Shown: positions 30,423-41,364, counted from the stretch's first letter. The stretch: DNA of 64,000 nt from an uncultured cyanobacterium (GCA_963793425.1 CAWCAG010000001.1:224001-288000), one strand, 5' to 3'. Numbers and translations are program-made. The notes: generated by a model not told the origin, from the sequence alone.

Positions 30423-31973
30423 ATGACTCAATCCTACGATGTGATTATTGTTGGTGCTGGTGCTGGGGGAGGAACCCTTGCTTATGCTTTAGCTTCTACG
30501 GGTAAACGCATTCTGATTTTAGAGCAGGGAGATTATTTACCAAAAGAGAAAGCTAACTGGGATGCTGGTGAAATTTTTACGGCCGAACGCTATCAAACTA
30601 AGGAAGAATGGTTAGATAAGGAGCAAAAGGCTTTTAGTCCAGAAGCTTACTATTGTGTGGGAGGAAATACTAAACTTTATGGTGCTGTACTACAAAGGAT
30701 GCGCCAAGAGGATTTTAGTGAAGTTGAGCATTACGATGGTATTTCTCCAGCTTGGCCCCTTGATTATCAAACTTTTGAGCCTTATTACACCCAAGCAGAG
30801 AAGCTTTATAAAATTCATGGTATAAGGGGAGAAGATCCTACTGAACCCCTAGCATCAGAAGATTATCCCTATCCTCCTTTACCCCACGAACCTCGCATTC
30901 AAGAGGTTGCCGATGGTTTGCAAGCAGCAGGTTTACAACCCTTTCATCTTACCTTGGCTGTTGATCGAGATGTGGAAAATACGCAACAGAGTAAATGTAT
31001 CCGTTGCGATACTTGCGATCCTTACCCTTGTTTGATAGATGCTAAGTGCGATGCTCAAGTTGCTTGTGTTGACCGCGCTTTAGAATATGATAATGTCACT
31101 TTATTGGTTAATGCCCGTGTTACTCGTTTAATAACCAATGAAACAGGAACAACCGTTAATCAAGTAGAAGCTGAGGTTGAGGGAAAAACTGCACTATTTT
31201 ATGGGGAAATTGTGGTGGTTTCCTGCGGGGCAATTAATTCTGCCCGGTTGTTATTGAATTCTGCTAATGAACAACATCCTGAAGGCTTAGCTAACTCTTC
31301 TGGTTTAGTGGGGCGTAATCTCATGTTCCATAACCACTCAGGAGTGACAGCAGTTTCAACTAAGCGTAATGAAACTGTTTTTCAAAAGACTTTAGGTTTT
31401 AATGATTTTTATTTCCAAGGGCCAAAAAGTGACTATCCTTTAGGTTCAATTCAGTTAACAGGTAAAGCTAAGTGGCAGCGTTTACAAAAGTTTGCCCCTC
31501 CATTTGTACCTAAGTTTATAATTCAATATATGGCTGGGCATTCTGTGGATTTTTGGGTGACAACCGAGGATTTGCCCCATGAGAATAATCGAGTTTATGT
31601 CAATTCTCAAGGAAAGTTAGTAGTGGAACATGAGGTGAATAATCTTAAACCTCACCAAGAGTTAATTGAGGTTTTAAAAGAATATTTACGTAAACAGGAT
31701 TTCTACTTTTTCTGGACAAATCGGATGCCTTTAAAGGTGGTTTGGCATCAAATTGGTACTTGTAAGTTTGGTGAAAATCCTCAAACTAGCGTTCTTGATT
31801 TAGATTGTCGCAGCCACGATTTAGAAAACTTGTATGTGGTTGATGCTAGCTTTATGCCTTCAATGGGAGCAATGAATCCTACTTTAACAATGATTGCTAA
31901 TGCTTTACGAGTAGCGGATCATCTTAAAGAAAGATTAGGGGTTACTCAAAAGCCACAACTAGTTAATCAATGA
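30423..31973 (+). CDS. GMC family oxidoreductase
   Basis: GAGAGGG FAD motif, GAINSARLLLNS, HQIGTC, VVDASF, NPTLT. Confidence 0.93.
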   Translation: MTQSYDVIIVGAGAGGGTLAYALASTGKRILILEQGDYLPKEKANWDAGEIFTAERYQTKEEWLDKEQKAFSPEAYYCVGGNTKLYGAVLQRMRQEDFSEVEHYDGISPAWPLDYQTFEPYYTQAEKLYKIHGIRGEDPTEPLASEDYPYPPLPHEPRIQEVADGLQAAGLQPFHLTLAVDRDVENTQQSKCIRCDTCDPYPCLIDAKCDAQVACVDRALEYDNVTLLVNARVTRLITNETGTTVNQVEAEVEGKTALFYGEIVVVSCGAINSARLLLNSANEQHPEGLANSSGLVGRNLMFHNHSGVTAVSTKRNETVFQKTLGFNDFYFQGPKSDYPLGSIQLTGKAKWQRLQKFAPPFVPKFIIQYMAGHSVDFWVTTEDLPHENNRVYVNSQGKLVVEHEVNNLKPHQELIEVLKEYLRKQDFYFFWTNRMPLKVVWHQIGTCKFGENPQTSVLDLDCRSHDLENLYVVDASFMPSMGAMNPTLTMIANALRVADHLKERLGVTQKPQLVNQ

Positions 31974-31980
31974 ACATTGA

Positions 31981-32175
31981 TCACTGATTAGCCCTAGTAT
32001 CCTGTACCGCAGCCCAAAATAAGAAGCCACTAATGGGAATACAAGCAACAAGAATAATTAATGTTGTCAAATTCCCTAAGTCAGGATCTCCGTAAGAAAG
32101 TTCAAAAATTGAGCCAACTGCGGCGATCGCAGTGATACAAGATCCTAATAAAAATACACCACTTTTTGGTGTCAC
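31981..32175 (-). CDS. small hypothetical membrane protein
   Basis: 64 aa, two TM, AAVGSIFEL motif, downstream of def. Confidence 0.7.
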   Translation of the reverse strand: MTPKSGVFLLGSCITAIAAVGSIFELSYGDPDLGNLTTLIILVACIPISGFLFWAAVQDTRANQ

Positions 32176-32209
32176 TACTGTAGCTCCTTGGAGTTGGTTA
32201 TTATTATAC

Positions 32210-32773
32210 TTACTCTATAGTATTGACTGCATTAGCTGAGAAACCTTGTTTGTGCAGTTCTTCGGCCAAGACTAGATCATTTTTCACCCTGTCTACGAAT
32301 AGTACTCCGGTGAGATGATCCATTTCATGTTGAATGGCGCGGGCTAAAAGCCCTTTGGCTTTGAATTTACGCGGACGACCGTTTTCGTCTTTAAAGGTTA
32401 CTTGAATCGTTCTAGGGCGAATAACATCTAAATAAACTCCTGGTATACTCAGGCAACCTTCTTCCCCTGGACACAAATCCGAACTGTACTTAGTTATTTT
32501 CGGATTAATTAAGACTAAGGGAGGATTAGCTGCATTTTCTGGATCGCAGTCGATGACAATTAATTGCTTATTAATTGCTACTTGAGGGGCAGCTAAACCA
32601 ATACCATCAGAGCTGTACATGGTTTGGAGCATTTCCCTAATTAACAGACGGACGCTATCATCTACTTTGGTAATACGCTTGGTAGGTTGGCGTAAGGCGT
32701 GATCGCCAAGATAATGGATTTGTAAGGGGGGCTTGGCTAATTTAGTTTTTTCTACAGCTATTAGAGAAGTCAT
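32210..32773 (-). CDS. def: peptide deformylase
   Basis: GIGLAAPQ, EGCLSIP, QHEMDHL. ATG at 32773 preferred. Confidence 0.96.
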   Translation of the reverse strand: MTSLIAVEKTKLAKPPLQIHYLGDHALRQPTKRITKVDDSVRLLIREMLQTMYSSDGIGLAAPQVAINKQLIVIDCDPENAANPPLVLINPKITKYSSDLCPGEEGCLSIPGVYLDVIRPRTIQVTFKDENGRPRKFKAKGLLARAIQHEMDHLTGVLFVDRVKNDLVLAEELHKQGFSANAVNTIE

Positions 32774-32935
32774 AAATGGGTTTATTATAAACAAATTCAA
32801 CTGATTTACTGGGCAGTATCTCTAATGATTACTGATAATTATTGAGACGCTATTAAGTACGCTTCTCTTTATCATCTTAAAATAATTTAGCTATAAGTGC
32901 ATCATTGATAACTGAATTATTGATAATTAATTTTT

Positions 32936-33769
32936 ATGTCTTTACAATGGAAATATCTACTGAAAAACCTGGGAGAATGGCAAGGTTCTTTTACTCGTTT
33001 GTCTCCGAATGGAGAAGAGTTGGAAGATACACCAACTATTGTTACTCTAGAAGGATTGAATGACAATAAGACCATACATCAAGTTGTACGCAGGCTTCCT
33101 CCTCATCAGCCTCCTAATCATTTAGTTTTGGAGTATAGTTCTTTAGGAAATAGTATTCTCTTTTTTGAGAATGGTGCTTTTTGTCAAGGTTCTATGCAAT
33201 GGAGTCCTTATTCTCAATTTGGGGCAGAATTAGGTCTGATTTTTGGTGAGCGCCGTTTGCGTTTGGTACAACTTTTTGAAGGTTCTGGTGATAGTAAGTT
33301 AACTAGCTTGACTTTAATTAGAGAAAAGTTAGCTGGTTCACAAACTCCTGAACGTCCTCCTTTAAGTTTAGAACATTTATTAGGAGAATGGCAGGGTGAA
33401 GCTATTACTATCTATCCTGACAGGAGAAAACCTGACACTTTTCAAACTCATTTAGCTATTCAACATGAAGGTAATAGTCGAATTAAACAGAAGTTAACTT
33501 TTGGGACAAGAACTATTGAATCTTCAGCACAGATTACTGATTCTAAGTTAACTTTTGACCAAAGTGAAATGCAGATGCAAGTTTTGTTTTTACCTGATGG
33601 TTGTTCTTCTAATTGTCCTGTAAACATTAAGCCTCGTTTGCCTTTTGTTCTTGAACTTGGTTGGTTAATTGAACCAAGATTACGACAACGAATTATTCGG
33701 AGTTATAGCCCTAAAGGAGAGTGGTTGAGTGTTACTTTTGTTGAGGAAAGGAAGTTGGGTAATGGGTAA
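32936..33769 (+). CDS. DUF3598 family protein
   Basis: QWKYLLKNLGEWQGSFT, duplicated LLGEWQG beta-barrel halves. Confidence 0.85.
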   Translation: MSLQWKYLLKNLGEWQGSFTRLSPNGEELEDTPTIVTLEGLNDNKTIHQVVRRLPPHQPPNHLVLEYSSLGNSILFFENGAFCQGSMQWSPYSQFGAELGLIFGERRLRLVQLFEGSGDSKLTSLTLIREKLAGSQTPERPPLSLEHLLGEWQGEAITIYPDRRKPDTFQTHLAIQHEGNSRIKQKLTFGTRTIESSAQITDSKLTFDQSEMQMQVLFLPDGCSSNCPVNIKPRLPFVLELGWLIEPRLRQRIIRSYSPKGEWLSVTFVEERKLGNG

Positions 33770-33889
33770 TGATGATAAGTTAAGCTGTTATTCGATTAGT
33801 TAACTGTTTTTAGTTATTAGCTGTTAGCTTTTAATATGAAATAGCAAAGATAATACTACAGATAAACAACTTTCGTATCGCTTATTTCT

Positions 33890-34190
33890 GGTCAATCCTG
33901 CTTTTAATTAATCTGTGGGTAGAATTAGTTTTATTGGGGGACTAGCCCCCCAAACCCCCCAGTGGGGAAACAAGTGTTTCCCCACGCCCCTTCCTAACCG
34001 CTTCGCTCTTCGTTAGTTGTATTTTCCTGGCTAGTTCAGTGGTTGCTCTGTCCTCATAAATAGACTTAGTAATAAAGCGCATTTAGACTCAGGCTCATTG
34101 TTTAAAAGGTTATTCACTAATAACTAACAGCTAAGAGCTAAATTCAGTTCTACTTGTAGCAAACATTTGGCTATTTCATATGAAACACAA
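33890..34190. repeat. solo diverged copy of the 311-bp repeat unit
   Basis: CTGTGGGTAG...TTGGGGGACTAGCCCCCCAAACCCCCCAGTGGGGAAACAAGTGTTTCCCCAC...CGCTTCGCTC is colinear with the array at 49994-51180. Confidence 0.9.
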
Positions 34191-34191
34191 G

Positions 34192-34530
34192 CTAGTATAC
34201 TCCTAACTTATCTCTTTCTTTAAGATAGTTTCCACCTTCACCCTGTAAATAAAGTTCACCTGTCATACCTTTATGAAGCTGATCAAAATCACGGCGATAT
34301 GACCTAATATTAACTACTTGTAATTTTATATCTCTGATATCTTTTCTACCAGTAATTTCAAAGTAGTATGGTTCCCCAGGAAGGGATTTTTTAATAGTAA
34401 GTTGATAAGCTTCTGAAAAAGTGTCTCCTGTTTTTATACATCCTTTATCACAAGAGCCTGAAATCCAATATATTGCATCTAATTTAACCACGCTATCGAC
34501 GTCAAACTCTTTGGTTGTCTTTTTGTTCAT
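34192..34530 (-). CDS. hypothetical protein (orphan)
   Basis: 112-aa AT-rich ORF with no recognisable motif. Confidence 0.55.
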   Translation of the reverse strand: MNKKTTKEFDVDSVVKLDAIYWISGSCDKGCIKTGDTFSEAYQLTIKKSLPGEPYYFEITGRKDIRDIKLQVVNIRSYRRDFDQLHKGMTGELYLQGEGGNYLKERDKLGVY

Positions 34531-34625
34531 TATCTTCTTCGTACCAAAACTATTGTAATGATAGTGAAGCCAGTTACCAATACTCCTATAACTCTATTCC
34601 AAAAGTCTCAATTAGCAATTAGCTA

Positions 34626-35999
34626 TTAGCAATTAACAGCCTCCTTCTCCTTTTCCAACACTTTGTTTTGAGAGTGCAATTCTTCTAACATTTCAATAAC
34701 TTCTCTTTCAAAAGCAACTTGAGCGCGATTGGTTTTACCGCCAATATAGAATCTATCACCTTTTTCTAATGCCCAAATTTGCGAGTGAGAAACGTAACTC
34801 ATTATTACACTAATCATCAATAAACCAAAGCCAGTGTAAACGAAAGGTATACCAGGATCTGCTTTTATTTGTAAGCCGGTTGCGCCTATTAATTCTAATA
34901 CTTGTAAGTTAATACCATTAACTTTAGTAGACATTCCTGGACGTATCGCACTAACAAGTTTACCTGTTACGTCATAAACTAACATGGTTCCTTGCAAGTC
35001 TTTGGCGAGTAAAGAAACTCCTTCACTTAAATCAGGTTTTGTGGGTATCCAACTTCCCCAAATTCGCCCTTGACCTTCAAGCTGTAAAGGAGCCATAGGA
35101 AATTGGAAAACAGGACTATTGTTCAGTTTTACCTTTACCCCGGCAATGCTCCAATCTGTTTGATAAAAAGTGATGCCTTGATAACGGAGGGGTTTGTTTA
35201 CATAAATGGTTTGTCGATCTAATTCTTTGTCTTCGTTGTCAACAACAGAAAGGTCAGAATAAAACTGGTCAATTTGACCCGATGAACTATAATCAATCCA
35301 AAACCGATTAACTTTAACTGACCAATCTTTGTTGATTTGCGAAGGTGCGAAAACTCCAGACTCGAAAACATTTTTAATTTGAAAAGTTTCTCCGCTAGGA
35401 ACCATTTCTTGAGCAATGAATCCCGTTAATGCCCCAATTATTGCTCCGGCCAAAATAAGCAACATACTAGCATGAACAATAATTGGTCCGATGCGCCCCA
35501 TAATGCCTTTACGGGCATAAAGTTTATCATCAGTTTGAAAAACTAAATAGTTGCGTTTTTTTAATAAAGGAATTAAAGAGTTAAGAGAAGCTGTATCTAA
35601 TTCTGTACTTAGAGCAAGTTTGGCAAATTGTTGGGGCTTTTCGTAATATTTCCATAAACGGGCTGCTTTTAGGGCCGGAAATTGGCGAGTAAAAGTACAG
35701 GCGGTTAAGCTACTGCCAAATAAGATTAAGAGGGAAAGAAACCACCAAGTACGATAAACATGATCTAAACCAAGGATTAAAATTACTTTCCAAGTTACAA
35801 AACCAAATAAGGCAGGGGAGAGAGGATAGTTTTCTTGATAAAAAGCGACAGATTGTCCTTGTTCAATTACTGTGCCGCTAATACTAAAAACTGCGATCGC
35901 TAGTAATAAAACAATTGCTAGCCGCAAGTTAGCGATGATACTAATAAGTTTCCGAATAGAAGTTTTAAGGTTAGTTGGAAAAGAAGCTGATGCAGTCAT
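34626..35999 (-). CDS. ccs1: cytochrome c biogenesis protein Ccs1/CcsB (ResB-like)
   Basis: [44 protein letters not shown]. Confidence 0.93.
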   Translation of the reverse strand: MTASASFPTNLKTSIRKLISIIANLRLAIVLLLAIAVFSISGTVIEQGQSVAFYQENYPLSPALFGFVTWKVILILGLDHVYRTWWFLSLLILFGSSLTACTFTRQFPALKAARLWKYYEKPQQFAKLALSTELDTASLNSLIPLLKKRNYLVFQTDDKLYARKGIMGRIGPIIVHASMLLILAGAIIGALTGFIAQEMVPSGETFQIKNVFESGVFAPSQINKDWSVKVNRFWIDYSSSGQIDQFYSDLSVVDNEDKELDRQTIYVNKPLRYQGITFYQTDWSIAGVKVKLNNSPVFQFPMAPLQLEGQGRIWGSWIPTKPDLSEGVSLLAKDLQGTMLVYDVTGKLVSAIRPGMSTKVNGINLQVLELIGATGLQIKADPGIPFVYTGFGLLMISVIMSYVSHSQIWALEKGDRFYIGGKTNRAQVAFEREVIEMLEELHSQNKVLEKEKEAVNC

Positions 36000-36020
36000 A
36001 AATATAGTAGTCTTTAAAAG

Positions 36021-36761
36021 TTAAAAAATACCTACAGGAAGACGAGATAAAAGAGAAAATACCCCAAATCCTAATAATAATGCTCCACTAAGAGAATTAA
36101 TCCAACCAGACCAACGGCGTAGTTGTAAAATCTTTTTGATAGAGGCGGTGAATGTTCCGGCTAAGATTAAGGGTGCAACATAACCTGCCCCGTAAGCAAG
36201 TAATAAGAAGCCTCCGAAAACTAAGTCTTGAGTTTTTGCTACCCAAGCTAGTAAAGTAGCGAGTACGGGGGTACTGCAAGGAGAGGCAATTAAACCAAAG
36301 GTTAAACCTAATAAATAAGAACGTATTCCATCGGGTAAGTCATCGGTGATCCAATCTGTTGCCCCTAAAGAAGGGAAGCGTAGAGGGATGATTTCTAAAA
36401 GGTTAAGCCCCATGAGAATGGCGATGATGCTGACGAAAATGGGTAAACCTATCCCGATTTGCCCATAGACTTTGCCCAGAGAAGCAGCAAAGATGCCTAA
36501 CCCAGCTAGGGTAGTTGCTAAACCGAGGGAAAACCAGACGGATTGGAAAAGCCCTTGCAATTTACCTTTCTCTTCGTAGCCGCCGATATAACCAATGGTG
36601 ATAGGTAACATAGAGAGCATACAAGGAGTGAGACTAGTAAGCAATCCGGCAGCAAAAATAATTCCTAAACTTACGGGGCTGAGGTGAGTTAGCTGAGTAG
36701 AAACTAAGGTATTAGCAAATTGTTCGAGTTGGTAAAGTTGAGTTTGTAGAGTTTCCAACAT
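36021..36761 (-). CDS. ccdA: cytochrome c biogenesis protein CcdA
   Basis: SLTPCMLSMLP and ASPCSTP cysteine motifs, six TM. Confidence 0.93.
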   Translation of the reverse strand: MLETLQTQLYQLEQFANTLVSTQLTHLSPVSLGIIFAAGLLTSLTPCMLSMLPITIGYIGGYEEKGKLQGLFQSVWFSLGLATTLAGLGIFAASLGKVYGQIGIGLPIFVSIIAILMGLNLLEIIPLRFPSLGATDWITDDLPDGIRSYLLGLTFGLIASPCSTPVLATLLAWVAKTQDLVFGGFLLLAYGAGYVAPLILAGTFTASIKKILQLRRWSGWINSLSGALLLGFGVFSLLSRLPVGIF

Positions 36762-36938
36762 GAAGGATTTAGGTTAAGAAAAATTCATACTTTTATTGAA
36801 TTGTAACTTAGGTGATGGCTAATAGCTAATAGTTAGTAGATAATTGAGCTAATAAAATTACAATTTCTTTGCATTAAAACTAGACTCTTTTTAGTTTGGT
36901 TAGGATGGTGTTTTCTGTTTCAAATCAAGAAGAAAAAG

Positions 36939-37712
36939 ATGATTGCTGACAAAACACTATTAGATCCTGCTTTCGCTAGGGATAAGTTTTTGCTACGACA
37001 AAAACACCTTTCTATTTCCCAAAAATATTATGTTTGGGATGAAGAAGAACAAGTTATTTTGTTTATCGAACGTCCCAGTCATTTCTTACAAACTTTAGGT
37101 GCTGCTTTAGTGGGAATTATTCTGGGCATTGCTGCTGCGATCGCTTTAGATATTATCTCATCTTTTATACTACTAGGAATTGACAGCTATTTTTTAATTT
37201 TTCTTGACTTTTGTATCGCTTTAATAGTTGCTTTTGTAGTAATGATAGTTCTCAGTCCTAAGCGTCATGTGAATATTTACCGGGATGAGAGTAAAACAGA
37301 ACAACTATTAGAGATTCAACAAGAAAGTAAATGGCAATTCCCCTATGCTTATTATCAAATTAAAGATGCCCGTGGCATGAAGTTAGCCAGGTTACAAAAA
37401 AATTACTTTTATGACCTAATTAGAAAGCGTTGGTACTGCTATCTTAACGATGGTTCTCTTTTATGTACCATCAAAGAAGATTCTGTTGTGATGGCGATTT
37501 TACGCCGCTTCTTTGGTAGTTTTTATGGTTTACTAAGAACCAACTTTGTCATTCTTGCAGGAAGAAGAGAAAGATTGGTCGGAACTTTTAACCGTAAGTG
37601 CACTCTTTTAGATCGTTACGTTCTTGATATGAGTGATGATCCAGAAAGAGTTATTGATCGCCGCATTGCTGTTGCTATTGGCATCATGTTGGATACAGGA
37701 GAAAGAAGATAA
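36939..37712 (+). CDS. hypothetical membrane protein (LURP-one/scramblase-like)
   Basis: FLLRQK..., two TM, DRYVLD..DRRIAVAIGIMLD C-terminus. Confidence 0.6.
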   Translation: MIADKTLLDPAFARDKFLLRQKHLSISQKYYVWDEEEQVILFIERPSHFLQTLGAALVGIILGIAAAIALDIISSFILLGIDSYFLIFLDFCIALIVAFVVMIVLSPKRHVNIYRDESKTEQLLEIQQESKWQFPYAYYQIKDARGMKLARLQKNYFYDLIRKRWYCYLNDGSLLCTIKEDSVVMAILRRFFGSFYGLLRTNFVILAGRRERLVGTFNRKCTLLDRYVLDMSDDPERVIDRRIAVAIGIMLDTGERR

Positions 37713-37878
37713 TTGTTGTTACGTACATTTACTTATAGTCAGTTTATTCAGTAACAATATAGTGACTGCCACTAAGAAAAATCAGATTTCTGCTGATATT
37801 TTAAAAATATTTATGTTGCTAGGTGTATCCCCAAAAGCAATTTTTATGCTATTTTTTGGGAAACCTCTGATTTAAATA

Positions 37879-40800
37879 ATGTCTGATTTAGAAAAGACTG
37901 GCACTATTTATGTGCAGGATTATGTTTCTGGCAAACCTAGCCAACTTTTTACTCTTAATTTAGCTACTGGAAAAGCCACTTTAATAGGAGCAATTACCAC
38001 TAAAGTCTATGATTTAGCTTTCGTAAATCAAAGTCTTTATGGACTCAACAAGAAAAGCTTTGGCTTTCTTGATAAAAAAGGTCTTGGCTTCCGCAAAACT
38101 ATGAAGCTAATCAAGATTGATCCAGCAACAGGACAACCAGAAACAATCGGAGATACTCAATTTGATGTAGTTGGATTAGCCTATAATCCCGTGACTAAAA
38201 AGCTCTATGCAACTGCTCACAGAGATTATCAGATTGTTGAGATTAATCCCAGCAACGGTAAAGGTACTCCAGTTGTCACCTTAAGCGATCGCAACCATCT
38301 ATGTGGGGAAATCGCTTTTGATAGTGAAGGTAAAGCTTATATCACCCTAACTACCTCAGACTTAAAAAAGCACTTAGCTACTTGCGATCTAACAACAGGA
38401 AAAGTCTCAATGATTGGAGATATTGGTTTTCCTGGATTAGCCAGTATGAAATTTATTGGCAACACCCTCTATGGAATAGCTGGGGAGTATGCAGGATTGG
38501 GGGGTAGTAATGGTCAGGTTATTAGTATTGACATAGCTACAGGACAAGGCAGTTTAGTCATTACAACAGATCCGCCAATGTGCTGGGCTGGCATGGCTGT
38601 TTACGGAAATACAGTAACTGTAACTCAGCCCCAAACGTTTGAACCGATTGAGAAGACAACCCCATCTTCTGAGGTTATACCACCTCAATCTGTACCAGCA
38701 CTCCAATCAACAATTGTTCAAAGTGATACAACTACTAAGGAAGAAGAAATGACGATTTTAACTATCGATACCAAAGATAACTGTTACCTCATTAATACTG
38801 AGGAAATGAACCACCTGCAAGAAAATGTAGCTCGTTCATTCAGCCTAGAATCAGGAACTTTTGATATTCAAATCACTAGCGGGCATTATAATCATAGCCA
38901 AAGTCAAACAGAAGGAGAGCCTTTCGTTCTTCTCTGGATTTATGGAGTTGATGGCAACACCTTTATTAATAAAAATACGGGCATTGAGGTCGGTACAACT
39001 TGGACTACTTTAAATGGCTATGGAGATCGCTTACAGTTAGAAGTGACAGGACAAGCTGTTTTGTGTGCCTTATTCCTAGACGTTAATAATGAAGATAATA
39101 GTGGCTCAGTCGAGCTTTCTATCTCCAGCAATAAGAAATACTTCAACCCTCAAACTGTAACAGTTGATAGTAAGGAAAACTGCTATGTCCTCAATGCAGA
39201 TAATTTAAAAACCCTGCAACAAAAGGATGCCAATCTTATTGAATTAACTCCGGGTAACTATCGCTTCAAAATTCGCGAATCCAATGCAAGTTATTGGTCA
39301 AGCGAGAAAAAGTTTCAGTTAGAACCTTGGGCTTTGCTTTGGATTAAGGAAGGGAAGTTTATTCCTAAACTCACTGGTAATGAAGTCGAGGAAACTTGGT
39401 GTTCTTTGAACGGACTTAAAGATGAAGTTATTCTAGAAGTCAAAGAAAAAACAATCGTATCAGGATTCTTTTTCGATACCTACAAAGAAGATAATGAAGG
39501 GCAAATAATTCTAGCAATAGAAACAGTAAGCGCAACTGAATTAACTGAAATTTATGAAGAACACGAAACAATCACCACAAGTTCAAGTAGTAGTAGCAGT
39601 AGCCAACAGAATGTTGATGTCAGTACCTCCGGTGACACAAGCTCACAAGAAGAAACCGTTGGTGTAGGTATCTCTGGCAGTGGTATGAATTTTAGTAGTA
39701 GCAGCGGTAGCAGCAGTAGCAGCAGTGGTAGTAGCAGCTTCAGCTTCCAATTTGACCAATCTCAAATGGAAGATATGTGGGAGCAAATATCTTCTAAAAT
39801 CGAGACTTCCGTAGCAGTTAACAACACAGGAGAAGAGAATAAACAAGCCTATTGGGATAATTTAGAAAAATGGATTCTTCAAGGCTATCAACAGCAAGTT
39901 AAAGACCTTACTACCCAAGTAGCACGGGTAGAATTTATGATGAAGGCTTTCTCTCAACAGATGGAGGGAAACTTCAACCAAATATTCCAAGCTTGGTCTA
40001 GTCATTTTGACAGTCGCTTAAACGAGTTAATTAATACGAGAATTGTTGCTACTATTGAAGAACAAGTAAGGCTGAAAACCAGCGAGCAAACCCAAGATAT
40101 TAAGAAACTGGTAGTTGACCAGATGCAAAGTGACATCGACAAACGTCTTGAAACCGCTCTCAATTTGAAACTCAGCCAGCAAACCCAAGATATTAAGAAA
40201 CTGGTAGTTGAGCAGATGCAAGGTGACATTGACAAACGCATTGAGACTGTAGTTAATGTTAAATTCAGTGACCAAACTCCAAATATCAATAGCTCCATAA
40301 TCAATAATATCCAAGAGCAAATGGATCAGCGTATCAATACTGTCGTCACCATGAAAATTGATGACCAAACTGAGAACCTGAAAAACCTGGTAATTCAGCA
40401 ACTTCAGACCAATATGGACAACCGCATTGATAATGCAGTTGAACTGAAAATAACTGACCAAACTGAGAACTTGAAAAACTTGGTAATTCAGCAACTTCAG
40501 ACCAATATGGACAACCGCATTGACAACGCAGTTGAACTGAAAATAACTGACAAGACCGAGGCTCTTAAAAACTTAGTAATTCAGCAGCTAGAGGCAAATA
40601 TTGATAAGCGCATTCAGATGTTTGTGGAGCAATCTACTAACAATAACTTACAGCTAGTAGCGAATAATGTCATGGGTAATATTGACAACCGCATTACTGC
40701 CAACTTTGAAAACCAAATTCTCAACCTGCGGGAAGACTTGACCTCTCTTGTTAGAAGCGAACTCAACAATAACTATACTGATTCTCTGAAATCTCTTCTC

Positions 40801-41148
40801 TTTGCTGACATTAAAAACCAACAATTCTACCTCGACACCCAATCTATCAAAGCTGAAGTAGAAAACTTCTACTCACGATTAGGACAGTTCGAGACACAAT
40901 TAAACCTTCGTATTGCCCAAGGAGATACCAGACTTTACAACTGGACTCTAGAGCAGTTGAGCGCTCTCCAAGGTTGCATAAGTGATCGCCAAGCCTTGGT
41001 AAATATGTTCGAGTCTTTTAGCGCCAAACTCAAAACTGCATTAGATGGCGCACCCTGCGTACAACCTACTCGCTTTTCTGCTTGGGTAACAACAGAAAAC
41101 AACCCCCAAATCGAACCAATCCAGCCTAATCAATTACCAGAAGGATAA
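37879..41148 (+). CDS. large hypothetical protein: beta-propeller + duplicated beta-domain + Ser linker + 31-aa repeat coiled coil
   Basis: 1089-aa ORF with internal repeats visible in both protein and DNA. Confidence 0.85.
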   Translation: MSDLEKTGTIYVQDYVSGKPSQLFTLNLATGKATLIGAITTKVYDLAFVNQSLYGLNKKSFGFLDKKGLGFRKTMKLIKIDPATGQPETIGDTQFDVVGLAYNPVTKKLYATAHRDYQIVEINPSNGKGTPVVTLSDRNHLCGEIAFDSEGKAYITLTTSDLKKHLATCDLTTGKVSMIGDIGFPGLASMKFIGNTLYGIAGEYAGLGGSNGQVISIDIATGQGSLVITTDPPMCWAGMAVYGNTVTVTQPQTFEPIEKTTPSSEVIPPQSVPALQSTIVQSDTTTKEEEMTILTIDTKDNCYLINTEEMNHLQENVARSFSLESGTFDIQITSGHYNHSQSQTEGEPFVLLWIYGVDGNTFINKNTGIEVGTTWTTLNGYGDRLQLEVTGQAVLCALFLDVNNEDNSGSVELSISSNKKYFNPQTVTVDSKENCYVLNADNLKTLQQKDANLIELTPGNYRFKIRESNASYWSSEKKFQLEPWALLWIKEGKFIPKLTGNEVEETWCSLNGLKDEVILEVKEKTIVSGFFFDTYKEDNEGQIILAIETVSATELTEIYEEHETITTSSSSSSSSQQNVDVSTSGDTSSQEETVGVGISGSGMNFSSSSGSSSSSSGSSSFSFQFDQSQMEDMWEQISSKIETSVAVNNTGEENKQAYWDNLEKWILQGYQQQVKDLTTQVARVEFMMKAFSQQMEGNFNQIFQAWSSHFDSRLNELINTRIVATIEEQVRLKTSEQTQDIKKLVVDQMQSDIDKRLETALNLKLSQQTQDIKKLVVEQMQGDIDKRIETVVNVKFSDQTPNINSSIINNIQEQMDQRINTVVTMKIDDQTENLKNLVIQQLQTNMDNRIDNAVELKITDQTENLKNLVIQQLQTNMDNRIDNAVELKITDKTEALKNLVIQQLEANIDKRIQMFVEQSTNNNLQLVANNVMGNIDNRITANFENQILNLREDLTSLVRSELNNNYTDSLKSLLFADIKNQQFYLDTQSIKAEVENFYSRLGQFETQLNLRIAQGDTRLYNWTLEQLSALQGCISDRQALVNMFESFSAKLKTALDGAPCVQPTRFSAWVTTENNPQIEPIQPNQLPEG
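40075..40700 (+). repeat. 93-bp (31-aa) intragenic tandem repeat, 6-7 units
   Basis: KITDQTENLKNLVIQQLQTNMDNRIDNAVEL-type units. GACCAAACTGAGAAC occurs at 40363 and 40456. Confidence 0.9.
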
Positions 41149-41289
41149 CAGAGTAATACCGTCTTCCTTGGTTGTATTAGAGATAGTCTAGTTGGGTAAG
41201 GGGTGAAGGTTTAGATTCCTAGCTTTTTTCCCTTACCTCATAAGAAGTCGTACAAGATTATTTGTATATTTACTATTGAGTTATACATC

Positions 41290-41315
41290 TGTAGCCTAGG
41301 GCAACGCTGCGCGAA
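41290..41315. repeat. small dispersed repeat (SDR-like), copy 2
   Basis: TGTAGCCTAGGGCAACGCTGCGCGAA. Confidence 0.55.
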
Positions 41316-41364
41316 ACCCAAACCATAATTTTTGTAGCTCACCACTTGCGAGAATTGCTATAAA

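Noticed and set aside
39575..39745. AGC/AGT trinucleotide runs as a contingency locus
   Set aside because: Imperfect in-frame poly-Ser linker, so length change would not switch frame.
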